Source: the human T2T-CHM13v2.0 reference genome, Homo sapiens
Assembly: GCF_009914755.1 (NCBI RefSeq)
Contig: NC_060940.1
DNA: 64,000 nucleotides
Reading direction: 5' to 3' (one strand)
Part shown: one piece after another, positions 15,543 through 31,449 of the stretch
Layout of the letters: every line of letters begins with the position of its first letter
How positions within the stretch are numbered: the stretch's first letter is position 1
Program-made: the position numbers and the translations under genes
Notes under the pieces: generated by a model
Told to the model about the DNA's origin: nothing
The model's input: only the letters and a program-made list of their open reading frames with translations
Database searches by the model: none

Positions 15543-15768
15543 AGCAACTGGAAACAGCTCACATGCCTATCAATAGGAAACTGGTTAAGTAAATGATGGG
15601 ACATCCAGACAATAGAACACTGTGCAATTACAAATTTTAAGAAGAAAAAGAAGAACGAAGATATTCTCTATATGCTATCACAGAAAGATCTAAAGTGAAA
15701 AAAGCAAAGTGTAGAATTTGTGTGTAATATGATACATTTGAAGGAAAATGAGGAAAAATTACAATTTA

Positions 15769-15975
<207 letters not shown>

Positions 15976-16409
15976 AGAAAGGAAATGAAAGGGGCTGGGG
16001 GAAAGGAAAGGAAAGAAACGCAAAATTAAGTGCAATAATCTCTCATGAGGACAGAAACTAGGCATATACAAGACAACAAAGAGAGAGAATTTTTACTAAC
16101 TGTTTATACTATCTGGATTTTTAACTATGAAAATGCAGTGCCCATTCAAAAAGATTTTAAATAACTGAGAAAGGAAAAAAAGAGCTGTGTGCCTAGGAAG
16201 GTACAACTTGGAAGCCATCAGCACACAGCCAGCATTTAAAGCCATGAAGAAGGTGAAGTTGTCTAGACAGATGTGAAGAGAGAAGGAAGTTTAAGGAGTG
16301 GGGTAGAAGAAAAGGTGGTGGGGAAGCAGTCCGAAAAATAGAAGACAGAAGAGGCAGGTGGTCTCAGAGGGTATATAATGGTCTCACAGCAAGAAATATA
16401 AAATGCAAA

Positions 16410-17060
16410 CTCAAGCATTTGGCAGCTGGGTCGTTTTGGGTTGATATATTTAACCAGATAGTCTGTATTGTGTTTGCACTTTCTGTAGGAAATATATCAT
16501 GTAGTTACATTTCATCCTTGGAATTCCTCTCTCCTGTGAGTGCAACCTGATTTGAGATGTAAATAAACTGCGGAGATAATGCCGGAGTCTCGTCAGACGC
16601 CCAGTTCTCCCGCCAGCCGAGGATGGGAGTGATGATGAATGGTGCCAGGCCCGCTGCATAATCTTTTCTGTTTTAATACTCGATTATCATGTCCCTCATC
16701 TTCCCTGGACCCAAGACTCAACACATTAAAATCTCTTTGTTTCTTCCACAATGCTTCTATCTCCATTGCATCTCCAGCCTCCTTTAATATTGTTCATTAT
16801 TGAAGGGAACACAGGAAACCAATTACCCAGGTGGCAGCCGGAGTTGGTCATGTGCCCACCCAGCCGCACGGAGAGACCGGTTCCCTGTTCAGACGAATGA
16901 GAATCCTCACGCTCTGCCAAGTCCCTCACCTGTCCTCAGGCTCCTGGGAGCCACCACTGACATGGCCACACATGCGTTAGACATTCACGTTCAGCTAATT
17001 CAATTGGCGTTTGTCAATGCCAGGTGCTTTGGGAGGGCCAGGCAGTTCTGCAGGCAAAGC
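16410..17060. promoter_or_regulatory. Unique CpG-retaining segment, candidate conserved non-coding/enhancer element
   Basis: No recognisable repeat; about 18 CpGs by eye; AGATAA, TAAATAAAC (Fox-like) and TAATT/CAATTA motifs. Confidence 0.35.
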
Positions 17061-17069
17061 AGTTGTTCA

Positions 17070-17790
17070 CACAGTGGTTAAGAGCAGAGACTTCCAGAAT
17101 ACCTGAGTTTAAATCCTGAGTCTGCTGATAAAGCTGTGTGACCTTGGACAAATTCCTAACCTCTCAATCCCTTTGAGTTCCCATTTGTAAAATGGAAATA
17201 ATAACAGTACCCACATGTTGTGGGTTAAATTGTACCCCCCCCCCAAAAAAAAAAGATATGTTAAAGTCTCAACCCGTGGTACCTGTGAATGTGACCTTAT
17301 TTGGAAATAGAGTCTTTGCAGATGTAATCAAGTGAAGAATAGGTCATGCAGAATTAGGGAGACCCCTAAATCTAATGACTGGTGTCCCTATGAGGAAGAA
17401 GAGATTTGGAGACGCAGAGACAGATACATCAGGAAGGCCACATGAGGCCACAGCAGAGAATGGAGAGATTCATCTGCAAGCCAGGGAATGCCAGTAACCA
17501 CGAGAATCTGGAATATGCAAGGAAAGATTCTTCCCTTAAGGCTTTGGAGGGAAATATGGTCCTGCCAACACCTTGACCTTAGACTTCTAGCTTCCAGAAT
17601 TATGAAAGAATAGATTTCTGTAGTCTTAAGCCACACAGTTTGTGGTCATTTGTTACAGTAGCCCTGGGACATTAATACCCCAGCTCAGAGGGTGTCAATT
17701 GACATCAGAGGGTGTCAAATGAGGATTGATTATACATGCAACACATGCAAAGTGCTTAGGAGAGTGTCTGACATCTGGTGAATCATACAA
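17070..17790 (+). mobile_element. MIR interrupted by MLT1C/D LTR (17216-17678)
   Basis: MIR core (gctgtgtgaccttggacaa...tgtaaaatggaaataataacagtac) then tgttgtgggttaaattgt...tttgttacagtagccctgggacattaatac. Confidence 0.75.
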
Positions 17791-18256
17791 GTGTGGCGTA
17801 ATTGTTATTATTTGTTGATATTATTGTGGTTGCTTTGTCCCATAAGCAGACATCCCTTATCATTACAGTAATAGCAGACAATGGACAAATAAGTTGCCTG
17901 CCCATCTGCACAGACACCTGGAGTTGACTATTGGCAAGCAGGCTCTCAGTCCATTCCCTGATACAAGGGAAGAGGCCAAGCTCTTCCATGTACGGGGCTT
18001 GCATTGCTCACCTTTGCAGGGAAATTGTAAGAGGGAGGATGCCAAGCACATGTCCATAGGTTGACAACTTTCTAAAGACTGAACTGGTTTCTGTTATACT
18101 GAGACCTCCTAAGGGGAAGAGTCAATTCCTTAGTCAACATAATTGGGGCAAGGGAAGCACATTGGTGAAGCACATGGGTCTTGGGGTCAGAGTATCTGGC
18201 TCAAATCTCACTTCTTCCACCTACTAGTTCTGTGACCTTCAGCAATACTTTAGCCC

Positions 18257-18543
18257 TTTTTTTTTTTTTTGAGACTGTGTCTCACTCTGTCGCCCAGTCT
18301 AGAGTGCAGTGGCGTGATCTCTGCTCACTGCAACCTCCAGGTTCAAGCGATTCTTGTGCCTCAGCCTCCAAAGCAGCAGGATTACAGGCATGCACCACCA
18401 TGTCCAGCTAATTTTTGTTTCTTGGTAGAGATGGGGTTTCGCCATGTTGGCCAGTCTGGTCTCAAATTCCTGACCTCAAGTGATCTGCTCACCTTGGCCT
18501 CCGAAATAGCTGGGATTACAGATACAAGCCACCCTGCCCAGCC
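18257..18543 (-). mobile_element. AluS inside a MIR
   Basis: Reverse Alu; TSD-like ctttagcc. Confidence 0.92.
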
Positions 18544-18671
18544 CTTTAGCCTGTTTCCTCATCTGTAAAATGGCAAAGGCTAACATAAAGTGTATCATAA
18601 TGTATTGGTGGATAATCTAGAGTGGATAGAAAAGGGCAAGTTTTTTCAGGGCCAACACAGCTCCCTTGGTC

Positions 18672-18673
<2 letters not shown>

Positions 18674-18724
<51 letters not shown>
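18674..18724. repeat. (CA)n microsatellite
   Basis: About 25 CA units. Confidence 0.98.
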
Positions 18725-18727
<3 letters not shown>

Positions 18728-20545
18728 CTGTTGGCACTCTGAGGTCACTCTCACACCCACTGTCATTATCTGTTCCCTGTAATTATCTGTTGAATTTTTT
18801 ACCAAAATTATTTACCATTCAGTCCTCTACAGAAAAAGTTTGTTGATCCCTGCTTTAAATCAACTCACTTTTTAATTTAAATGCATTTCTAAATAGGACA
18901 CATGATATAGCCAATGTAATTGAAAACCAGCATTTCTTGCCATAGATGGAAGGTAACAATAAAATAAATGTGTAACTACAATTATTAGTGTGAGTCAAAG
19001 AAAGAACACTCAGAGTAGAAGGAGAAAAAGGAGGATTTATAATAGCAGGGAATCAGAGGAACTCGGGGGAAATAGGCCATTGAGAAAGGTAGTGAAGGCT
19101 GTAATAGAAATACTGCTCATCACGAGGGAGCAGAGTAAATAAAAGCGTGAGGGGAAAAGGACACTGGGAACCAAAAAAAAAAAAAAAAATGATTTCTTTT
19201 CAACATCTGAAAGTAATAAGCATAATTTATAAACTAGATTAGAAAAGAACATCTCAGCACATTTATAATGAAAACTGCTGATGCTAATGAGAGCAATAAC
19301 ATTTAAATAGAAATCTGTTTACCTTTGGGAAATTCATGCATAACTTCAATGCTGTACTGATTAACTTAAGGACCAGGGACTGGACTGATTAACCTTCCTG
19401 GGTTTTTGTTTTCAAAAGGGGAGTTGGCTGAGGTGTAACAGCCTGACGAGAACTCAACAGCCTAAACCTATGATTGGGAGTAATTGGAACCAGTAGAACC
19501 GAAGTCAGAGTAGCCAACCTGGCCATATGCTACAGTTCTTTCCGGTATGAGCATCCGAGGTTTCTTTGAAAACCTGAAGAAAGCTATGCTCCTCCTTCTC
19601 AGAAAAACACACAAAAATACACACACCAAAACTTTTGCATTTAATTTGTTTTACATTTGAAATGTATGTCTTGTATATCAATAGAAGTTAAAAGCTGTCT
19701 TAAAAAAAAAAAAAAACTCCTGATCTAATTATTTTATAACTTATTCTAAGAGTTAAGGCCTATTTAAATGGTAAAGGGGGTCAATCCAAAATTGCAAATA
19801 AAACAAATGTTTAAAATTTTCTTCTTCTCAAAATCACATTTTAATGAAAATACTATAATTTCTTGGCTTGAATCAAAAGTTGGCTTTGTGAAGTAGTCTT
19901 TGATATCAATCCCAAATCAATTTTAAATTTTCCGTTAAATGGCACTAAGGGTCAAAAACCCTGAACCCCCAAAATGCACAGGAAAAGACAAAATTAACAT
20001 TCCCATTGCTTGCTTTGCCAAGTTAGAGTGGGGCTATGTCAATAAACACCAAATCCTCCAAGACTTGGTAAATTAAATTCATGTCGCCTGTTTTCTTTTG
20101 TCCTTAAGTTAATGAGGCTGGGTCAACGAGGGAAGAGTTTATGAATCTATCATTAAATTTGAAGATGATCTGAGTGTAAGTAACCTTCAAGTGACTTCAT
20201 CAGTGTTTCAAGGTGTTTTCAGATTTGGTGCGCCATGAAATTTATAAGGCTGTCATTTTTGGCTCCAATCTGCAGAATCGCTTTCATTCAGCCTTGAGAA
20301 GTTTGCAGAGTTATCCCCCTGCAGGGTAAGATTTTGGTTCACACAGCAGTTCAGAGCAGAGACTTAACCACTGCAGGTTAACATTTTTGCCAAAAAAAGC
20401 TCACGATTTTTCTGCACTGACCATAATAGTAACTGAAGGACCTTGCATGGAAATATTGGCTTCATTCTGGTGAACAATAATTTCTTCCAAGTAAGTCCAG
20501 TGGTAAAAGAATTTCCTGCCAAATTGTTCTGCAAAGGAGCTTTTC

Positions 20546-20553
20546 TTCTTCTT

Positions 20554-20584
<31 letters not shown>

Positions 20585-20915
20585 TTATTATTATTATTAT
20601 TATTATTATACTTTAAGTTCTAGGGTACATGTGCACAACATGCAGGTTTGTTACATATGTATACATGTGCCATGTTGGTGTGCTGCATCCATTAACTAGT
20701 AATTTACATTAGGTATTCCTCCTAATACTATCCCTGCCCCTTCCCTATGCAGCCATAAAAAAAAAAAAAAAGTTCATGTCCTTTGTAGGGACATGGATGA
20801 AGCTGGAAACCATCATTCTGAGCAAACTATCGCAAGGACAGAAAACCAAACACTGCATGTTCTCATTCATAGGTGGGAACTGAACAATGAGAACACTTGG
20901 ACACAGGGTGGGGAA
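20546..20915 (-). mobile_element. Short L1PA insertion with 5' inversion (twin priming)
   Basis: Tail decayed to (TTC)n(TTA)n at 20546-20609; L1PA 3' end on the minus strand to ~20745; upstream L1 segment on the plus strand 20745-20915; 17-bp TSD ctgcaaaggagcttttc at 20529-20545 and 20916-20932. Confidence 0.92.
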
Positions 20916-21473
20916 CTGCAAAGGAGCTTTTCATACTCTCATAAAGGTGAAAATTCTGCCCCAGGTTCAATCAAGAGCTTGGGGGAATTGTTTCCTGGAA
21001 AGGCAGCATACTTGTATGTAAACAGGAAGAACACGATATTCTGCATCCATTCGGTAGCAAAAACTCCTCAAAAGGCCAGCTTTTAGGGCACGAGACAAGG
21101 CTCCCTTCAGGATTTTGGCCGAGTCCCCATGCCAGTGTAGAAAGTAATGAAGCACGCAGCGTCTCCATTAAAACAAGGAAGCCATATGTGTTGTAAGGCA
21201 TGCCAGATGCTGTCATCCATACCCAGACATTTTTCCCAGTTAAAGTTGTGTCTGAAGAAAATAAACTTTTCAGGCATGATGTTTCCAACGGGACTCACCA
21301 AAAGAAAATGTTTCTTCTGAAGGTGTCAGAATGCACATAGTGGATGAAGAGTACATAAAGAGTACTACCTCCGCACTGAAAGGCGTCGACAGTTGCACGC
21401 AGTTGCAAGCTGAAGGAAGGAGAAATCGCTACAATTCTTGCTTTAAAATATCCCGAAGAAATAAGTGTTCATC

Positions 21474-21821
<348 letters not shown>

Positions 21822-22485
21822 TTATCTGAGAGAGGCACTACTTTATTGATTTCTCTGCTCCAAGTCATAAACCAGCTTGATCACTGCTAAGGTACTGGTC
21901 TTCCTCAAGATATCCCCAGTTGTACAGATACTCTGCATTTTTGGCAATGTGAGTGACAATGTTGTAGAATGTTTCTAGATATGGCATTGGGGCTGGGGCA
22001 AATGTAAGATCAGGTGGAGTTCCAGCCTTTCCAAATTTAAGGTTTGTCTCAGGAAACACACCCACACTGAAAGATGCTGAGATGGAAGTTGCTTCTTTGG
22101 TTTTGTTTGTTTTATGCACCCATTGATGAGCGATTTGCATTCACAGAACCATTGTGGCTTTAGTGTCCCATAATGTTCAATGAGGAAAGCGAAACCAAGG
22201 GATACGTCAGTTGCGTCATGCTTTTATCTCTTCATACTTCCCAATTCAGCTAAACTTGATATGAACAAAGACAGATTCCCTTGAGTATTAAGGCAAGGCA
22301 TATCTTCTTTAATTTTTATCAGTGAGAAATTAATATAGGCATTGACACAACCATAACCATAAACTTTGTATATTACCATTCCACAACTGTTTGAAATGGA
22401 ACAATATCATAATCATATAATTTGACACCAAATTTTTTTCAAAGATGACTTTCAAAGTAACAGAAAGAAAACTGGAAGAAAAGCT

Positions 22486-22516
22486 ATGTGCGCGCGTGTG
22501 TGTGTGTGCGCGCGTA
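22486..22516. repeat. Alternating purine-pyrimidine (GC/GT) tract, Z-DNA-prone
   Basis: atgtgcgcgcgtgtgtgtgtgtgcgcgcgta. Confidence 0.8.
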
Positions 22517-22535
22517 TCTGATTCACAGAACTCTT

Positions 22536-22817
<282 letters not shown>

Positions 22818-22940
22818 TGATGCACAGAACTCTTGATACTCATCTATATGCCCCTTCTCTGACCCCTTCTTTCTCTTCCCCTACTCTAGGTTAAGAAACT
22901 CTGCAATTAATATTGATACTAGACTCCAGCCCACCGATGC

Positions 22941-23246
22941 TTTTTTTTTTTTTTTTTTTTTTTTAGACAGAGTCTTGCTCTGTCACCCAGGCTGGAGTGC
23001 AGTGGTATAATCTCAGCTCACTGCAGCCTCCACCTCTCCAGGCTTGGTTGATCCTCCCACCTTAGCCTCCTGAGTAGCTGGGACCATAGGTGCACTCTGC
23101 CTCACCTGGCTAATTTTTTACTTTCTTGTAGAAACAGAGTTTTGCCATGTTTGTCCGGTTGGTCTCAAAACTCCTGGGCTCAAGCGATCTGCCTGCCTCA
23201 GCCTCCCAAAGAGCTGGGATTACAGTCATGAGCCACTGCATCCAGC
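22941..23246 (-). mobile_element. AluJ
   Basis: Reverse Alu with poly-T. Confidence 0.92.
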
Positions 23247-23556
23247 AAGTCCACCAATGCTTGTACGGACTACTGGGACAGCAACTTTAAGTGGGGATAA
23301 TCAAATAGAGTTATAATGAATTGCTCTGACCAACCATACCAAGGGACAGAGATCTCTAGTCAACATACATTTCAAGCCCAAATTGGCCCACATTCCCTAT
23401 TCTTCTCTGTTTTATACTCTAACATTGACCAACTCCTTATTTTCACTGATAAATGATGTTTCCTTCATGATATCTGTAGAGCCTGGATTGTTAGAGCTTA
23501 GACCCTTTACTTTCTTCCTGAGGCAATGTAGCCTAGCGGTTGAGTGAATTGGTTTG

Positions 23557-23688
23557 AGCCAGGTGTAGTGGCTCTTTTTAATCCCAGCACTTCCGGGGTC
23601 CAAGGCAGGTAGATCAGTTGAAGCCCGGAGTTTGAGATCAGCCTGGGCAACAGGGCGAGACCCCATGTTTACCGAAAAAGGAAAAAAA
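23557..23688 (+). mobile_element. FLAM monomer within a MIR
   Basis: Single Alu monomer plus A tail. Confidence 0.8.
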
Positions 23689-24122
23689 GTGAATAGGTTT
23701 GGAAGTCAGATGGGCCAGAGTTTGACTCTAGTTCCACTATTTGATTTTTTTAATAGCCATGTGGCCTATTTAAGCCTATTTTCCAATCTGTAACTAGGTA
23801 TTAAAGGAAATAATATATCTGCAATAATCTCGCTCCATTTTTGATATCTGACTGCTGATAGCTTTCAAGTCCCAACCTTTCCTCTTCCTCTTCTGCCTCA
23901 CATCTGAACAGACCAATAACAGAACCTGGGTGTTATCTCCTTTGGTGATGCCAAGAAGTTCAACACTATACAAGCCTGACTTGTAGGCAGAAACCCACAA
24001 CCCAACCCTATCCCCCAGCTACCATCAAACCCAAGCCAACCTCCATTCTTTGCTTTCTCAAGCCATTTTGGACCTACTAGGGAAGCCTGCCTTGCTTATT
24101 ACGTGAGTAATAAACCTTGTCA

Positions 24123-24125
<3 letters not shown>

Positions 24126-24164
<39 letters not shown>
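24126..24164. repeat. (TG)n microsatellite within the 5' LTR
   Basis: About 19 TG units. Confidence 0.97.
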
Positions 24165-24165
<1 letters not shown>

Positions 24166-25783
24166 ATATGAACAAATCTGGAGTGACAGAGTCCATCCCA
24201 CTTTTGCAGGGTGACCACAACTCTGTGAGCAGTATGCCTAGGCAATGACCACCACCACCGGGGGTCATTCTTCTTTGGCTTTGACTTGTGAACAGGCCCT
24301 GCTGCCTGCTGGCTTGCATGCGCTTTGAGTTGTGCCGCTGCCGGCAGGCTGACTTGCTCTTTGAGCTGAGCTGCTTTCTGCTGAATTTGCTGAGCTTTCA
24401 AGCCTCTGTTATATACTTAACCAACCTAAATCAGAAATTTCACTAATTGGCATTTAGAAACAGGAGCATGGGATTGGGGCCCTCCTTAAAGTGACCTTGG
24501 ATCATGTGTCTGGACTCCTTTGTGTGTCTCAATTCCAGCATAAGCCATGACTGCCACTAGGCTCAGGGGAATGACTCTTACTCTGTTACCATTCGTTGTA
24601 TGTCTCAACAGGACTTTAGTCCCCATTTTATAGAGTGCTTGGGAAAAGACGGATACCCTATGCAATATGCATGCCATTGAGTGGTCCTTGCATGGAAGTA
24701 TATGCTGAAGTCATACTCCTAAAAACAGGTGACTCACTAGGACCCTACAGAATGGTTTTGCTGCTGCCGCTGCTGCTTATGTGTTTCTCACAACAAAGTT
24801 CTCAATCCTGAGAGTTATACGGAAAAAAATACGCTTAGCACCCTGGTGACATAGCCAAAGGGTTAATTCAAACACAACTTAAACCCTGGGTCCTTAAACC
24901 CAATAAAGCAACCATTTCTAAAAGGCAGGCCCCTAATTCGGACTGTATTAATTTCAGGCTCTTTGAGGTGAAATTTCTAAATATAAGCAAGGTAGAGAAC
25001 ACCCACTCCCTGAAGTATATCCAGTAACCATCAAAAAACAATAACAATAATAACACCCGGATGCCAGAGCCAGAGGAAACAACAACAACAACAACTACAA
25101 AACAGAAACAGAAGTCCTCAATTTGACCCAACTGGAAATCCAAGATGCACCAAAAGAATGTATACAACAAAAAGATAAAAGATTGGCCTTTACAGCTCTG
25201 CAGCATAGATTGTGAATTAACTTCAAAATCTACTGAGATGTACCCGTTGGCAAATTTTAATGGCCTTCATCAACACGGGGGCTGAAATTATGGTCATACC
25301 TGGGATCCCACTAAATTTAAACAAGGTACCCCCTATAATCTTGGGAGAGTTACTGAACATAAATGGAAGACAAATAGGTATGCCTCTCCTTAACCACCAG
25401 ACATATTGCCTTACCTAAACTCCACCTAGTTAAAATGCCCATGGCCCCAAAATATCTCATAGTGGGCAGGGATGCTCTAACCCAAAGTGTGATAACTTAA
25501 AGTTAAATTAGGTTTTTGACACTTACAATGGGCTTAACACAAAATGTGACCCCCTGGACCTCCCTGACCCTAGTTAGAATATTTAAGACGTCCCTGACCC
25601 TAGTTAGAATATTTAATAAGATCTAATATAAATCAAAACAAGGCATTTAAGATTGAAACTCATTATGCAAGGTCCGTTTTGAAAAGGGAGTGATTATTCC
25701 CACTACTTCTCCATTTAATAGCTCAATTTGACCTCTTTTAGCTTGGAAGGAAAGAATAGTGCCTCACTATAGATACTGAAGTC

Positions 25784-26085
25784 TTCTTTTCTTTTTTTGA
25801 GACAAGGTCTGTCTGTCACTCAGAGTGACTATAGTGCAGTGGCGCTATCACAGCTCACTGCAGCCTCAAACTTCTGGACTCAAGCAATCCTCCTGCCTCA
25901 GCCTACAGAGTAGCTGGGACTACAGCTGTGTACCACCACACCCAGCTAATTTTTTTTTTATTTTTTATAGGGACAGGATCTCACCATATTGCCCAGGTGA
26001 GTCTCAAACTCTTGGTCTCAAGCAATCCTTTCACCTTGGCCTCCCAAAGTGCTGGGATTACAGGTGTGCACCATTGCACCTGGCT
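25784..26085 (-). mobile_element. AluJ inside the ERV-L RT
   Basis: Reverse Alu; degenerate TSD gatactgaagtctt / gataccgtaatctt. Confidence 0.92.
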
Positions 26086-26939
26086 GATACCGTAATCTTA
26101 ATGTCACAATGCCTTACCCATTGAGGTTCTCATACCCAATATTAGTAAACTATTGACTTCATCAAATCAGCAACTTGTAAATACCCTGCAGTCGTAGATT
26201 TAGCTAAATCTCTTATGTTCAATGCCTATTTTTACAGTCTCTTAGCTGCACTTTGTCTTCACCTTCAGAGGGATACAATATACCTTTGCTGGAGCACTCA
26301 ACAGCCTTGCCATTGCACACAATCTTTGTGGGCGAGATCTTAACCACATTCAATGTGATGGGGCTTGCTAGAAAGCTGCTGCATTCCATCCCTAACCAGG
26401 ACATTCTTGAAAAAGGAGAGGATCCAAAGGTTAACACAATTGGCGGAACTTCAGGAAGTAATCTTAGCCCAGGATGCCTTGGCTAATAATCAGCCCGTCC
26501 ACACACCTTTACAGACTCATGGACCACTGCCAATCATCTGGCCTTCTAGTCTTGCCAATGGCAGGAACAACAATTTCTTACCCAGAGTTTCTGCCTTTGG
26601 AGTACAGAACTCCACGAATCTCTTGCCTCATAGATATCCAACATATAAATCAAGGTCACACATGTCTCTGTACCTACAAAAACCACAGTACAAAGCCTCC
26701 CTAAGACACTTCTTATATCATTTTGTGTTCTGAACAAAGCACGCATTTCACTTCTCAACAGACATAATGCTGGGCTCTGGAATGAGTCATTCAATGGGAC
26801 TTTCAATTTCCTTACCAGCCTCAGGACACAAGCCTCATAGAGAACCATAATGGCTTAATTAAACCAGTTCAAACTCAATTAACTGAAACATGGCACGTTT
26901 TTAGTCATCAGTCAAATATCAAGGGCGAATTGCAATGAA

Positions 26940-27798
<859 letters not shown>

Positions 27799-28276
27799 TG
27801 TAGAGGGAAAAACAGTCTGCCTCCACTTTTGATATGGGACTGCTAACATCTTCCACCCTCCCTCTCCCCCTCTGCCCCACATCTGGGCAAGCTAAGAAAG
27901 CCTGCTGCTCTCTCCTCTGGCACCAGCTGGAAATTCATACCCAACAAGCCCTAGCCCTCCCACCAGACCCACATTTCATCCCCATCCCCATCGCATCCCC
28001 ATCCCCATCCCCATCCCTAACCACCATAAATGCTAAGGGAGTTTCCTTGCCTGGTTTTCTGAAGCCATTTTTGGACCTGCTTGGGAATCTGCCCTGCTCT
28101 CTCAGAAAGCTTCATTATATGAGCAATAAACCTTTTCCTACCCTCTTGGTGCATGTGGTGTATCATCAGTCTTGACATCTAAAACAAATTTTGGGTGGTG
28201 GGGTCCATGTCTTTGCAGGGTGACCACAATAGTACCTGGCACATTATGTGTTTAATAAACAGAGATTACTGTCATA

Positions 28277-28563
<287 letters not shown>

Positions 28564-30340
28564 GTCTCTGTTATATTTATTTCTCTATTTAAATTGATGG
28601 ATATATGCAAACCTGATCATTATCATACTTATGCCTAGACACAAGAGAGGCAATAAACTAATCTAAGTGATGCTTGTGATGCCAAAGATGTCAGAACACT
28701 TTCTGGGCCAATGGCAGATACCTCATGTCACCAGATGCTAAGGGTCCACAATAAAAAGCACTGAATGAAAATTTTGAGGATAAATATCTCCAGGTTGAGG
28801 AAGAAGGTTGCACATATCGGGTGCTCAATAAATATTTGTTGAATGAATGAATGAGTGAATGGCCCCAGTGTGTGGGGCTTGGGAAGTGATTGGATATAGG
28901 CAGAGAAAAGGAACAAGTCAAAAATAATTCAGAAATCAAGAACAAGCAAGTTGCCTTGATACACTTCATTCCTACACTTGGCAAACTTTAGTGATTAAGG
29001 AAACAATGTTTTAAAAAAAGTTTTGGTGATGAGACATTCAGGAAGATCTATCAATAAATAGCAAACCTGGTCCTTTTTAAGACACTGTGTATAAAAAAAT
29101 TCCAAAAAGATTAAAATCAATGCAGAAACCAAAGAACCATTTTTTTCTATATCATATTGATCATTTCAAGTGGAACTGTTAGCTATCTTAGAAAAATTGT
29201 GGTTCTCAATTGCTTTTGCCTCTATCTCTGAACCACCAATCCTAAAGAAAAACATTCAACCAGAAAATTTCAGCACATCACAATCTCTCTGAAGATTAAG
29301 AAGTCTCTGTGAAGGACTGAATGTATAAATTGAAAAATTTTTGCTGTCACATTTAGGTAAAAGAGAAATCGTTCTTCATATCCCCTTCCTTTCCATCTGT
29401 AGCTCACCTATGTCAACTTTCCTCTCAGAAGTGAAATAAAATTAAAGCTATGACACTGAGTGTCAGTCATGGAGGGACACGTTCCCCACTTAGCCTTTGC
29501 TGAAGTGTTTCCAGAGACAACTGTCTAATGCCAGGTCCCCACTTAGTGGGCTGCACTTTTCTACTCATTTGCACATAATCCAGAAGTCACATTTTGGGTT
29601 CACAGTTTCCACTGGGGTAACCTCATTAGGCCTGGCCACCTCTGTGCTTCTTGTGAAGTCTCTGATTTGAAGGATTAGTATCCTTTCCAGACTGTGTGGG
29701 TTGACTTTCACCCATCTGGAGTTGCTTGGAACAAAAATAACTACCTCAACTCCTTGTCACGAAAGCAAAAAACAAGATAGCATTAGAGTTCTGAGAACAG
29801 GATGTCATTACGGGTTGTGCCTTGTCAGCTACAGGTAAGATATTTGAGTGGCTCCTCAAGCCTCCCCAACTCCCTCTCCGACCTCGCTACACAGTCTTCC
29901 CAGGTGTGGTATTTGACCTCCAGACTGCCACCCAGAAAGCAACTCAGAGCTCAGCAACACCATGATGATGAAACACAAATATCTGGGCCACCAACTTTGG
30001 AGACTCCACTGGTTGCTTTTGTGCAGCTCTTTCTATATATGACTTTCAAAATGGCAGCCAACCCTCTCAACTGTTGGTTGATCTGAATATGTAAAGTTCA
30101 GCCTTCAAACCCAGCAAACAGTCAGCTATAGGATAGAGTTCAGGTGCTGGGGAATGACCACGGTTGGCTGCTACGTTGGGAACCCTGGTGACATCATATA
30201 TGGACCTGGGAATGTAAAGAAACGTAGGAAATCTGAATTTATGACTTTTCTAATCTCTCTATCGGGATCCTTTTTTGGAATCAAGATGATTTTCCTTCTA
30301 AAAGGTCATTTTATTACAGTAATGGGCAGGGTAGACATAC

Positions 30341-30490
30341 CTCACTAGCGTACTCTCAAAATTTCTTGCATGCATATGCTTTCTCCGGCATGCATATGCT
30401 TTCTACTACAATGTGAACAAGCCTACGAAAGCTAGCCTAATGGAGGATGAGAGACCACGTGGAGGAGAGCTGAAGTGCCCCAGCCAGCAG
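30341..30490 (-). ncRNA. Possible 150-nt lncRNA exon (partly MLT1-derived)
   Basis: Minus-strand donor GAG|gtatgt at 30341/30340 and AG acceptor at 30491-30492 (weak pyrimidine tract). Size matches my unverified recollection of an exon in the duplicated lncRNA family at the chr1p tip. Confidence 0.25.
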
Positions 30491-31449
30491 CTAGCCTACA
30501 CCCACAGCTATTTTGCTTGTGTTCCACTCGTCCTATTTGCATAATATTGTTCTTTAAGTTAACCCATTCTTAATTTATTGTTTTAATCTTAAGCAATAAT
30601 ATTCAAGAACTAATGAGTTTTGTGTATTCGTTATATTTTTCCATAATATATATTATACTAATAAATGCCCATTCAAATTTTTGTTTGAGTGCTCAAGTGG
30701 GTATCATTTAAAATAATCTTATATACTATATATAACAGCCAAGGTTTGGGCAACACAACAGAAACTGCATGAGTTTATTTTATCAGAATTTTTTAAACAG
30801 TATGGGAGAACTAAAAAAGTAAAAAAGGGAACCCTTGAGTTAACAAGGAGATAAGAACTACATAAAGCAGTTACTGTCCTGAAGGAATAAAGGGAAGAGC
30901 ATGGGGTTATTAGAACCTAGAAGTTTGGAACCACCAGGAGCTGGGACCCTATGAGGAGAGGGTTGGCCCCTGACAATGCTGGTGTCTCTAAGGGAGCTCC
31001 TGAGGCTGATTCTAGCAGTGTAGGGAAAGAAACTGGAAACTGGAACAATTTCCTCTGTAATCAATGACCCTTGCCAGGGTAAAGAATCACTGCTGAAGAG
31101 ATGCTACTGGAAAAGCAAGCAAACAAAAAGGAGGGTGTCCCTTCCCCTTCTTCCTTCCTTCCAGTCTCCCTCATGACAGAGCATCTGGCTGGTGACGGGA
31201 AAAGGTGCTCCACAGAGCACCACCCCAACATCACACGGGCATCTGCTGACCCACAGCTGACTGCAGATGAGGAAGCTCAGCCTAGGTCACACAAACGCCT
31301 CCCAGCTGAGTCTAGCCTAAATTGCCAACCTGCCAAATCATGAACTAATAAGTGACTATTGTTTTAAGCCACTACCTTTAAGGGAATTCAGTATGCAGCA
31401 ATAGCTATCTGATCCATATAGGCCTACAAGGCTATAGAAAAACTATCAC

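Noticed and set aside
21865-22140. 91-aa ORF as a standalone gene
   Set aside because: It is a frameshifted piece of the decayed Charlie transposase and is only partly in the transposase frame.
26219-26848. Cluster of overlapping ORFs as a possible intact retroviral pol
   Set aside because: RT and integrase motifs lie in different frames with stops and large deletions; not coding-competent.
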